From contig CAXXHA010000019.1 in NCBI GenBank assembly GCA_963662265.2, forward strand, positions 14,820 through 78,819: a stretch of DNA of 64,000 nt, given 5' to 3'. The stretch is from Spirochaetia bacterium. Lineage in GTDB: Bacteria > Spirochaetota > Spirochaetia > CADAEX01. Positions within the stretch are counted from its first letter, which is position 1. Each line of letters starts with the position of its first letter. Below, piece after piece: positions 1 to 8,263 of this stretch. The position numbers were made by a program, and so were the translations under genes. Under the pieces are notes generated by a model. The model was not told the DNA's origin and ran no database searches. It saw only the letters and a program-made list of their open reading frames with translations.

Positions 1-2
1 CT

Positions 3-1298
3 CTTGATTTGTATAAAAGCGTTATAAAAAGAAATCCAGATGATGACATGCTGAAGGTCCAGATAATTCCACTCTTGATAAAGACAGGAAATCAGTCTGA
101 AGCTGCAAGACTAATAGCTGAACTGACAGAGAAAAACATACCTCTGAATATAAATAACCTCAACAGCAGCGATATTAACAGAATACTTGCGATTGAATAT
201 TTCAACAAGAATAACTACAGGGAAGCTCTTCTATATGCTAAAAAAATCATACGTGAAAACTACTATGATAATGAAATGCATATGCTAATGGGGGAAATAT
301 TCAGGCAGACAGGGAGAAACGACAGGGCGGAAAACCATTTCAATCTTGTACTGAAGCGTGACAGTGACAAAAAGGAAGCAAGATACGGAAAAATAATGGT
401 TTTCTGGACTGAAGAAAGGTTTGAAGATCTCTATGATGAAATTATCAAGCTTGAAAATAAATATCCTGAAGACGAAGTAGCATATTACTACAAACCGCTT
501 GTCATGTGCAGGCTTGATTACCCGTCTGAAGAGACAATTCCGCTCATTGAAGAGGTGCTGAGGAAAAATAAAAGCGATCCATACCTGATAAATGCTGTCG
601 GATATGAATATCTGAAAACCGGAGATGCCCGGACTGCAGAACAATGGTTTAAGAATTCCCTTAAAATATCGGATATGAAAGATTCGTATACCGGCCTTAT
701 CAAGTCTTATTATAAGCAGAATAAAAAATCAGGAATCAACTCTGTTTTCAGAAAATATCTTAAGGTCTATCCTGATGACAACAAAATGAGAAAATACTAT
801 ATCAACAATCTGTACGAGCAGAAAAGTTATAAGACAGCAATACGAGAAATTGAAAAATATTCTGCATGTACCGAAAAAAGAGGCAGACTTGAAGTAATGC
901 TTGCCAAATGCTACATAAAGACTGATAATCCTGAAAAAGCAATAGTGTTATACAGGAAAATACTTTCAGAAAACCCTGACAGCATAAATTATCTTATGGC
1001 TTATTCTTACTGCCTTGAAAAGCTTGACAGGATTGATGAAGCTATTAACCTGCTGGAAAAATCAATTAAATATTTTAAAAACAACAGAAGGATACTTCTG
1101 ACAGCGGGAGTTTTATATTTCAGGCAGGCGAAATATGAAAAAGCAATGGACATATTCAGAAAAGTACTTGAAATCAGAAGCAGTGACTGGAGAGCATATT
1201 ACAATATGTCGAAAATATATGAACTTCAGGGATTAAAAGTCATGGCTGATAAATTTATGAAACATTCACAGCGTTATAAAAAAATGCTTGATAAATAA
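3..1298 (+). CDS. TPR-repeat protein (5'-truncated by window edge)
   Basis: Frame is open from the window start. Many TPR-like helical repeats, e.g. MLMGEIFRQTGRNDRAENHF, LTAGVLYFRQAKYEKAMDIF, AYYNMSKIYELQG. Confidence 0.85.
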   Translation, partial: LDLYKSVIKRNPDDDMLKVQIIPLLIKTGNQSEAARLIAELTEKNIPLNINNLNSSDINRILAIEYFNKNNYREALLYAKKIIRENYYDNEMHMLMGEIFRQTGRNDRAENHFNLVLKRDSDKKEARYGKIMVFWTEERFEDLYDEIIKLENKYPEDEVAYYYKPLVMCRLDYPSEETIPLIEEVLRKNKSDPYLINAVGYEYLKTGDARTAEQWFKNSLKISDMKDSYTGLIKSYYKQNKKSGINSVFRKYLKVYPDDNKMRKYYINNLYEQKSYKTAIREIEKYSACTEKRGRLEVMLAKCYIKTDNPEKAIVLYRKILSENPDSINYLMAYSYCLEKLDRIDEAINLLEKSIKYFKNNRRILLTAGVLYFRQAKYEKAMDIFRKVLEIRSSDWRAYYNMSKIYELQGLKVMADKFMKHSQRYKKMLDK

Positions 1299-1316
1299 CA
1301 GTATTTGAAATAACTT
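1288..1316 (+). promoter_or_regulatory. Sigma70-type promoter for the 1403 gene
   Basis: TTGATA (1288-1293), 17 bp spacer, TAACTT (1311-1316). Confidence 0.5.
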
Positions 1317-1402
1317 TTTAGCAGGAGAAATGATAAGTTTTTATCAAAAGCAGCAGAGACTTTCCGGAAGGAAAGCGCTTGAACGCTTTATAGGAGGAAA
1401 AT

Positions 1403-1954
1403 ATGGCAGATCCAAAAGCTTTAGATCTTTTCCAGGCATATCACGAAGGTAAACTTCCTCAGGATGGAGGATATATTGTATCATCTTTTTTTAATGTAAA
1501 CTCAACATATTCTATTTATGAAATTGTTGCATATGATAACGTAAAAAGCATATATGCCGGTGAAAACGGACTGACATTTCAGACTGACGGTCATAAGCTT
1601 TATGTTCTTGTTGAACCTACAAATTATGCCCATAAATATCAGGAACCATTTACACGCGGTAAAAAAGAACAGATTCCTCACAGGTTTTCTGAACTTGATA
1701 TTATTACAGCAAAAAACCAGACAAAAGTCATGATCAGTAAAAAACCTGTAGTATCATATTCATCATTTACCATTCTTAAACCTACAGGTATTAATTTTTC
1801 ACTGGTATTTTACAATCGGGAAGATGTACTGGAAACACTGGAATTCTTTTTTACACAGACTCTGAAGAAGGAAGCCGGGGTTCCGACTATAGATACAAAA
1901 AAATGCGCAAGAAGCGTAATAGCAGGGATTAAAAAATTCAAGATCTGGGATTAA
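1403..1954 (+). CDS. Hypothetical cytoplasmic protein, 183 aa
   Basis: Strong SD (TAGGAGG 1391-1397), ATG start, followed by a terminator. No recognisable domain. Confidence 0.85.
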   Translation: MADPKALDLFQAYHEGKLPQDGGYIVSSFFNVNSTYSIYEIVAYDNVKSIYAGENGLTFQTDGHKLYVLVEPTNYAHKYQEPFTRGKKEQIPHRFSELDIITAKNQTKVMISKKPVVSYSSFTILKPTGINFSLVFYNREDVLETLEFFFTQTLKKEAGVPTIDTKKCARSVIAGIKKFKIWD

Positions 1955-1982
1955 AGATTTTCTTAAAAAAATAGAATGATAT

Positions 1983-2020
1983 AAAAAAAAGCTGTCAGGT
2001 AAAACCGGACAGCTTTTTTT
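1983..2020. terminator. Bidirectional intrinsic terminator
   Basis: A8-GCTGTC-(AGGTAAAACCG)-GACAGC-T7 between convergent genes. Confidence 0.9.
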
Positions 2021-2042
2021 ATGTTTAAATATTTTTGTTATA

Positions 2043-4685
2043 CTATTTGGCAAGATCTTTCAGTTCAAGCTGGGCAACTGCTAGTGTTGCTATAGGAACT
2101 GAATAAGTTGAACAGGAGACATAATCGAGTCCCGCATTACGGCAGAATTCAATATTGACAGGAACTGCACCCTGTTCCCCGCAGAGTCCAAGCTTAATGT
2201 CCGGTCTTGTCATCTTTCCTCTTCGAACTGCAAAAGATACTAGTTCCTTGACACTGGGGTTTAATATTTCAAAGGGATTGGAAGGTATAATATCAAACTG
2301 GGTATAATCAGGCATGAAGTTGTTGAAATCATCCCTTGAAAGACCCAGAGTTGTCTGGGTAAGGTCATTGGTTCCGAAAGAGAAAAACTGTGCATACTGG
2401 GCAATCTCTCCTGCAGAAAGTGCTGCAGCAGGAAGTTCAATCATTGTACCGATTTTATATTCAAGCTGTCTGGCTTTTAATGTTTTTCTAAGTTCCTCTT
2501 CAGTGGTTTTTATACCGACAATAGCTGCACCTTCAATTTTTTTGCCGTAGATTAATGCTTTTACCTCTTCCTGGTTCATGACAATAGGAATCATTATTTC
2601 AGGATTTACCTTTACACCCTCTTTCTGAAGTGTGTAGGCAGCTTCAAAAATCGCATTAATCTGCATTGCATATATTTCAGGATAGGAAATAGCAATTCTG
2701 CATCCCCTGTGACCCAGCATCGGGTTGAATTCTGAGAGAGAATCACACATGGCAGCAACATCTTTCCTTGTGATCTTTTCAAAACCTTTCTGCTTTTTAA
2801 GATAAGAGATAAACTCATCCATCTCAGCAGTATTATGGGGGAGAAATTCATGAAGAGGAGCATCCATGAGCCTGATAGTAACCTCTTTTCCCTCCATGAC
2901 TTTGAAAATCTTATAGAAATCTGTTTTCTGCATCTTCTGAATTTTAGAGAGAGTTTTCTTCCGTTTTTCAAAGTTGTCGGAAAGTATCATTTCACGGAAA
3001 ACATTAATTCTTGAAGCATCGAAAAACATATGCTCTGTACGGCAGAGACCGATTCCTTCAGCCCCGAATTTCCTGGCAAGTGAAGCATCACGGGCGTTAT
3101 CAGCATTTACCCTTACATGGAAATCTTTGCTGTATTTCTTTGAAATTGCAATGAGTTCACTTATACCGGAAGATTCATAATCAGGCTCAATAAGGTCTGC
3201 CTTTCCGATATATATTACAGGATCACCGTAGTTTGGAACATTGAGAGTGATGTAATCACCTTCATTAATCACAATATCGCCGATCTGTATTTTTTTACCC
3301 TTGTATTTTATATCATGGTTGACAAGTGAAACTTTACCGTACTGTCTTGCTACTACTGATGCATGTGCCGCATAACCGCCTTCAGAAGACAGAACACCTG
3401 TTGATACTTCTATAGCCTTAACATCTTCTGCAAAAGTTGCTTCCATGCAGAGAATCATTTTTGTATCAAGATCTTTCTGATGGGCTTCTTTCTGTGCATC
3501 CAGAAGTGCTTCTGTAGAAAAGAAAATCCTTCCTATTGCAGCCCCTGGAGCACCGGCAATACCGCCTGAAATTTTCTTCAGTTTTGTAACAGAACTTGTA
3601 TTGATAATCGGATGGAGTATTTCATTGAGCTGTTCAGGTTTCAATGAGTTGATGACATATTTGTCATCTACTATTTTCCTGTTCATAAGGTCAAGAAGCG
3701 TGATAATTTCTGATTTGACACTCTTGTTTTGTACTTCCCTCTGGTCAACCATCCAGAGAGTCTTGTTTTCAATTGTAAATCTTATATGACGAATATTTTT
3801 AAAAGTATCTTCAATAGTTCTTGCGATTTTCTCAAGCTTTGTAAGATAGTTTTTCTCAATCTTATTGATATCCTTACCTTTTGTGCCTGTAAAATCAAAA
3901 GTATTCTGGAAATATTCTCCGGAAAGCTTCTTCTCGCCGCTAATGACATTCCTGGTGAAAAAGGAACCTGCAAATGATTTGTCGCCTGTATTTCCGTATA
4001 CCATTGCCTGTACACCGATTGAAGTATCATCTTCATTCATATCATCAAGAGAAAGAAGACGGCTGACTCGGGTCAATGTGTAATCAAGCTGTTCATATGC
4101 ATCTTCACAGAAACTTTCAGGTATAAACTGCTCAGCATCTGTAATCAGTTTTACCTTGTCAGCTTCCTTTATCTTTTTTCCCAGTTTCGTGTTTATATAA
4201 TCTATTACAGTCTTTATTTTTGATGCTTTTTCATCATTTTCTTCAAGTACTGATATTTTTTCCTCAATAATGAGAATACCTTTCATCAAAAAAAACAGTT
4301 CATTGTAGGCAAAGTTTTCACCCACAAGTTTACTGAATCCTGAAAAAGTATTTTTAGTAAGACCGAAATTATGAAGAGCAGGATAACTGCTTGTAATAGT
4401 AAGATTCGGGCTTATAACAACTTTCAGAGTAAGAGGTTTTGTTTCCGCGTTAAATTTCTTACCCATTTTTGTTTCTATTTTTTCAATAAAAGGATTTATG
4501 AACTTTATTATTTTTCCTGAAGCAAGAGAAGATGCAACATCGCAGTCAATTGCAAAACCTGGGACAACGGGAAGTTTAAGACTAGCAAAGTTATTTGCTT
4601 CCCGGTTTCTGCCCCCTATTTTTTCAAGAATTGACGGATTTTTTATAAACTCATTTTCACTGAAATAGTGTATGTTTTTTTTCAT
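2043..4685 (-). CDS. ppdK: Pyruvate phosphate dikinase-like protein with a degenerate ATP-grasp domain (intact phospho-His and PEP/pyruvate domains)
   Basis: Retains GGYAAHASVVAR (H441), GIGLCRTEHMF, RLMDAPLHEFLP, EFNPMLGHRGCR, FSFGTNDLTQ and GLCGE (C835). The N-domain motifs VSVRSGA, GEDVV and QDMEF are replaced. Confidence 0.85.
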   Translation of the reverse strand: MKKNIHYFSENEFIKNPSILEKIGGRNREANNFASLKLPVVPGFAIDCDVASSLASGKIIKFINPFIEKIETKMGKKFNAETKPLTLKVVISPNLTITSSYPALHNFGLTKNTFSGFSKLVGENFAYNELFFLMKGILIIEEKISVLEENDEKASKIKTVIDYINTKLGKKIKEADKVKLITDAEQFIPESFCEDAYEQLDYTLTRVSRLLSLDDMNEDDTSIGVQAMVYGNTGDKSFAGSFFTRNVISGEKKLSGEYFQNTFDFTGTKGKDINKIEKNYLTKLEKIARTIEDTFKNIRHIRFTIENKTLWMVDQREVQNKSVKSEIITLLDLMNRKIVDDKYVINSLKPEQLNEILHPIINTSSVTKLKKISGGIAGAPGAAIGRIFFSTEALLDAQKEAHQKDLDTKMILCMEATFAEDVKAIEVSTGVLSSEGGYAAHASVVARQYGKVSLVNHDIKYKGKKIQIGDIVINEGDYITLNVPNYGDPVIYIGKADLIEPDYESSGISELIAISKKYSKDFHVRVNADNARDASLARKFGAEGIGLCRTEHMFFDASRINVFREMILSDNFEKRKKTLSKIQKMQKTDFYKIFKVMEGKEVTIRLMDAPLHEFLPHNTAEMDEFISYLKKQKGFEKITRKDVAAMCDSLSEFNPMLGHRGCRIAISYPEIYAMQINAIFEAAYTLQKEGVKVNPEIMIPIVMNQEEVKALIYGKKIEGAAIVGIKTTEEELRKTLKARQLEYKIGTMIELPAAALSAGEIAQYAQFFSFGTNDLTQTTLGLSRDDFNNFMPDYTQFDIIPSNPFEILNPSVKELVSFAVRRGKMTRPDIKLGLCGEQGAVPVNIEFCRNAGLDYVSCSTYSVPIATLAVAQLELKDLAK

Positions 4686-4703
4686 TTTTAAAATTCCTCT
4701 TGA

Positions 4704-5723
4704 TTAAAATAGTTTAAGTATTGCATTAACAGGGAATTTGAGAAAATCTTCAAATCTCTGACTTGCACCCTGCTTCAGATATCGCTGAAGCTTTGCAACA
4801 TCTTTTATATCCCTGCCGGCAACTGCAAACATGATTGCACTGCCGTGTTTAACCTTTCCCCATTTGAAGAGTGTATTGATATCATGTATCCTTTCCCCTT
4901 CATAGAATATAATAACTTCAAGTCCGGGATATTTTGTTTTGTAGCTTGTTATAATTCTTTTCCATGCTTCAACATTACCGTTATGGAAAAGCTCATTTGT
5001 TACAGGAACTGAATATAGAGGAGTCATTCTTGCATTTGTAGGTACCGGAGCTGCTGATGGTTTCTGTACTTCCTGTGGCTTTGCTTCAGGAGTTTTTACT
5101 GCTGCGGTATTTTTAGCAGTTTTTGCTGATGCAGCTTTTTTTCTTCCTGCAGTTTTCTTTGGTTCAGATGTTTTCTTTGCCATTTTAACTGTATACTTCC
5201 CATTCAAGACAGAAGGCGGTACTTTATATTTTTTATTTTCAAGAATATTAATTACAGCATTTATTGCTGATACATGATTTTTACTGTTTTTACTGCCTGC
5301 ATGATCGCCGGCATATATTGTTATAAGCTCAAAATTCTTTAAACCGCCTGTAAGATTCCAGCTGTCAGCTTTTTTTGGATTAAAAACTACATAACCGATA
5401 TTCGGATTATGGTATCCAATGACAATGTCTACCCCTTTCCAGCCGGAAAGTATCTCTGTAATTTCATCAAATTTATCAAAAGTTTCCTTCATATTGTAGG
5501 ATTTGAAACTGAACCCATATTTATCCGCAAGAAGAGAGTTTACAATAGGAAGAACCTGATGCTGTTCTATTGTATTGTCATCAAGATATTCATTAATGGA
5601 ATCTGCAATGTTATCGTAAGATTCGAAGTTATCGATTATTGATAATACAGACTGGAAATGATTTAAAGAATTATTAAAACCCTTACGTGTATAAAAGCGT
5701 TCATATTCTTTTACATCAGTCAT
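4704..5723 (-). CDS. cfpA-associated protein (TP0747-like position): unknown N-domain, Lys/Ala/Pro linker, C-terminal HPr-like domain
   Basis: Likely start is ATG 5723 after AGGCAGGGT; the longer TTG start lies inside the cfpA terminator. C-terminus VPVTNELFH...EVIIFYEGERI...GKVKHGSAIMFAVAGRD aligns by eye with HPr. Confidence 0.8.
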   Translation of the reverse strand: MTDVKEYERFYTRKGFNNSLNHFQSVLSIIDNFESYDNIADSINEYLDDNTIEQHQVLPIVNSLLADKYGFSFKSYNMKETFDKFDEITEILSGWKGVDIVIGYHNPNIGYVVFNPKKADSWNLTGGLKNFELITIYAGDHAGSKNSKNHVSAINAVINILENKKYKVPPSVLNGKYTVKMAKKTSEPKKTAGRKKAASAKTAKNTAAVKTPEAKPQEVQKPSAAPVPTNARMTPLYSVPVTNELFHNGNVEAWKRIITSYKTKYPGLEVIIFYEGERIHDINTLFKWGKVKHGSAIMFAVAGRDIKDVAKLQRYLKQGASQRFEDFLKFPVNAILKLF

Positions 5724-5742
5724 GGATTTACCCTGCCTTTTA

Positions 5743-5779
5743 AAAATAGAAAAAGTTGGCAGCCTTAAAGCTGCCAACT
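5743..5779 (-). terminator. Intrinsic terminator/attenuator after cfpA
   Basis: 10-bp stem AGTTGGCAGC/GCTGCCAACT (5754-5763 and 5770-5779) with a 6-nt loop, followed on the minus strand by TTTTCTATTTTT. Confidence 0.85.
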
Positions 5780-5798
5780 GATAAGATTATTAGATTAA

Positions 5799-7844
5799 CT
5801 AAATAGTAGTAAGTTTGTTACCGGATGATTTTCTTCTTCCGGGTTTTTTCTTTTTTGAATTATCAACTATTCCTGTTGATTTTTTCCGTCCCCGTTTTGT
5901 TGGTTCAGGTTTTTCGACAGTAAGAGCCTGTTCAATTTCTGGATTTTCTGAAGATGTGTTGTTTAAGAGGTCAAGGTAGCTTTCACCTGCGTTTTCACCA
6001 TCTTCTTCCGGGAGATCAGTAGTAAAAGACTGGTTAATATCGCTTCTTACAGTAGATCTTCTTCTTGAGAATGCTGCAAATGCCGCATCCTGGAATCCTT
6101 TTGATACACCGTAAAGGAATTCATTAAGAACATTAGCCATTCCGTCAAGTGTTGCTTTTTTTCTCTTGATTGAAGTTATATCTAGATCAAGGAACAGACC
6201 AGGCTGTACATGGTACGGATTTATCATGTAGTCAAAAGAGTTGAATTTCTTTTCAAGATTATCAATTCTTTCTTCCATAACTCTTCTCTGTATCGGATAT
6301 TTGTATCCATACATTTCATGAAGCCGTTTTTTCATTATGATGAATCTCTTTTTAACCTTGTCTTTTTCAAAAACATAAGTCCTGTTGAGTTCTTCAACAC
6401 TTGTTTCTGCAGGTTTTACAAAGGAAATCTCATCCCATACTTTTTCAATATCTTCATAAACAGGATCGCCTGTCTTGGATTTAATTGTTTTTGTTATCTT
6501 GTTTTTATAAGCTTTAGCAAGATCTTCGAAATCTGTTACACCTTTGAAACGTTTCGCATCCTGATAAACCATTTCAAGAATATCCCATACATGTGAGCAT
6601 TCAACTTCGAAAGACTTGATCTGAACATCATAAGCTTTCTGCTCTTCAATAAGCTGAGCATTGTCATAGTATCTGAGTCTGATCTGGTATCTTTCATCAG
6701 GAAGGTTCTGAACATCTGTATCTTCATATTCTCTTATAAGAAGTTCTCTTCCGTTTTTAAGGTTTTCAATATACTGGTAACCCATTTTTGAAGTATCAAG
6801 AATTGAAGTAATAGAGTTTACAGCTGTGTTGTAACCCCTGTTTCTGATATTTTCGATATCAATTATTTTTTTAAGATTTTCCCTGATATTGAGCTGATCA
6901 AAACTTTCAGGATCAATTTCAGCTCTCAGACCGTCAATTGCATCCATAAGGTTTTTGGCAACCATAGAATATCTTTTTGATTTGGGACTTGTCTTGTCAT
7001 CATCAGTATGATTTTCAACAAGTTTCATCTTTTCGAAAATTATTTCACTGTCAGTCAGTTCCTCTTTACCTTCATCAATAAGAAGATCTTTAACATTTTC
7101 AATTTCTTTGTCCAGAAGATCTGTAATATTTTTTGAGATGAGTTCTTTTATAAGATATTCAACTGTAGCCTGATAATGAAAAATCGGACTGATAAGTTCA
7201 GAGTCCAGAATATTTACAGACATTTTAACATCACAAACTGTTTTAGGTTTGTATGCATTGTCTTTAAATGCACATTTAACAACTGAATATGCATTTTCAC
7301 CCCTGATAAAGGCACCTACATCTGTTTTCTGTCTAAGGAGAGAGTTAGTCAGGTTTTCAAGCTCATTAACTCCTCTCTGGATGTGGCCCTGAAGGTGACC
7401 GTACATATTAACAATCGATTTTTCAATTTCACCGGTGTTGAATTTGTCCATTCCACCGACTTCATCAAGAAGTGATGCAATTTCCTTAGGTGTATACCGG
7501 TTGAGGACTTTCATTTCCTCTTTGTCTATGAAATTTCGTACCTTTTTAACCATTTCATCTTCAGATGTAACAATATATCTGTTGAACATGTTCTGGTAAT
7601 TCTGGTTAAAATAGTTATAGACTTTTTCTTTAAGTCCACCCATTATGTCGACTTTTTCTAGAACTTCAAGAGGAAGTTTTGATGATAAGTGATTCATCAC
7701 TTTATCTACTTCTTCTGCAAGAAGTCTATCAACCTCTTCCTGCTGATCCCTGCTTTCCTGAGCAAGAGAGTTCCTGGATCCTACAGCACTGGGCTTTTCA
7801 GGATGGAAAACCATCGGGCTTTTTGGTAGATCAATACTTCCCAT
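5799..7844 (-). CDS. cfpA: Cytoplasmic filament protein A
   Basis: 681 aa helical protein with the CfpA-type N-terminus ([25 protein letters not shown]) and C-terminal [29 protein letters not shown]. Lies upstream of a ppdK homologue, as I recall for Treponema pallidum. Confidence 0.93.
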   Translation of the reverse strand: MGSIDLPKSPMVFHPEKPSAVGSRNSLAQESRDQQEEVDRLLAEEVDKVMNHLSSKLPLEVLEKVDIMGGLKEKVYNYFNQNYQNMFNRYIVTSEDEMVKKVRNFIDKEEMKVLNRYTPKEIASLLDEVGGMDKFNTGEIEKSIVNMYGHLQGHIQRGVNELENLTNSLLRQKTDVGAFIRGENAYSVVKCAFKDNAYKPKTVCDVKMSVNILDSELISPIFHYQATVEYLIKELISKNITDLLDKEIENVKDLLIDEGKEELTDSEIIFEKMKLVENHTDDDKTSPKSKRYSMVAKNLMDAIDGLRAEIDPESFDQLNIRENLKKIIDIENIRNRGYNTAVNSITSILDTSKMGYQYIENLKNGRELLIREYEDTDVQNLPDERYQIRLRYYDNAQLIEEQKAYDVQIKSFEVECSHVWDILEMVYQDAKRFKGVTDFEDLAKAYKNKITKTIKSKTGDPVYEDIEKVWDEISFVKPAETSVEELNRTYVFEKDKVKKRFIIMKKRLHEMYGYKYPIQRRVMEERIDNLEKKFNSFDYMINPYHVQPGLFLDLDITSIKRKKATLDGMANVLNEFLYGVSKGFQDAAFAAFSRRRSTVRSDINQSFTTDLPEEDGENAGESYLDLLNNTSSENPEIEQALTVEKPEPTKRGRKKSTGIVDNSKKKKPGRRKSSGNKLTTI

Positions 7845-7863
7845 AATACTCTCCTTATTTATC

Positions 7864-7922
7864 CTTACATTTATAGAATATCAACAACTTAATACAAATG
7901 TAAAGCAAGTTTTTTTTTTTTT
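7864..7922 (-). promoter_or_regulatory. Putative cfpA promoter with flanking inverted repeat and A-tract
   Basis: Minus strand: A13 tract, TTTACA, 18 bp spacer ending TGA, TATTCT (extended -10). 8-bp inverted repeat TTACATTT (7865-7872) / AAATGTAA (7896-7903). Confidence 0.45.
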
Positions 7923-8263
7923 CATGTTTAATGGAAATTATATATTTTAATTAGAGAACGATTAAATCAACAAATCTGCAATTAATTAAAAATACTAATC
8001 AGATTATACGGAAAATAATTATATAATTCAAACACATTTTTTAAAAATAAGTATTTGTAATATTTTGTTCAGAATATTATGATTAAAGAGACTATGAAAC
8101 GGGTTTTTTATTTTCCGTATTTTCATTACTTATAAGGAAAATAATAATTTATAAACAACAGGCATGTTAAAAATACTGTCTGTAAAAATGACTGCAAAGA
8201 TTTAAGTAAGCAATAATATTTAAAACCCGGAAATATAGGTTTAATAATGAAAAGGTGCTTAAT

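Noticed and set aside
1330-1452. 40-codon upstream ORF overlapping the 1403 start
   Set aside because: Its AGGAG is only 2 nt from the ATG and the peptide has no notable features. The leader is better explained as RNA structure.
5724-5777. N-terminal extension MAALRLPTFSIFKRQGKS of the 357-aa ORF
   Set aside because: The TTG lies inside the cfpA terminator stem; ATG 5723 has an SD-like sequence.
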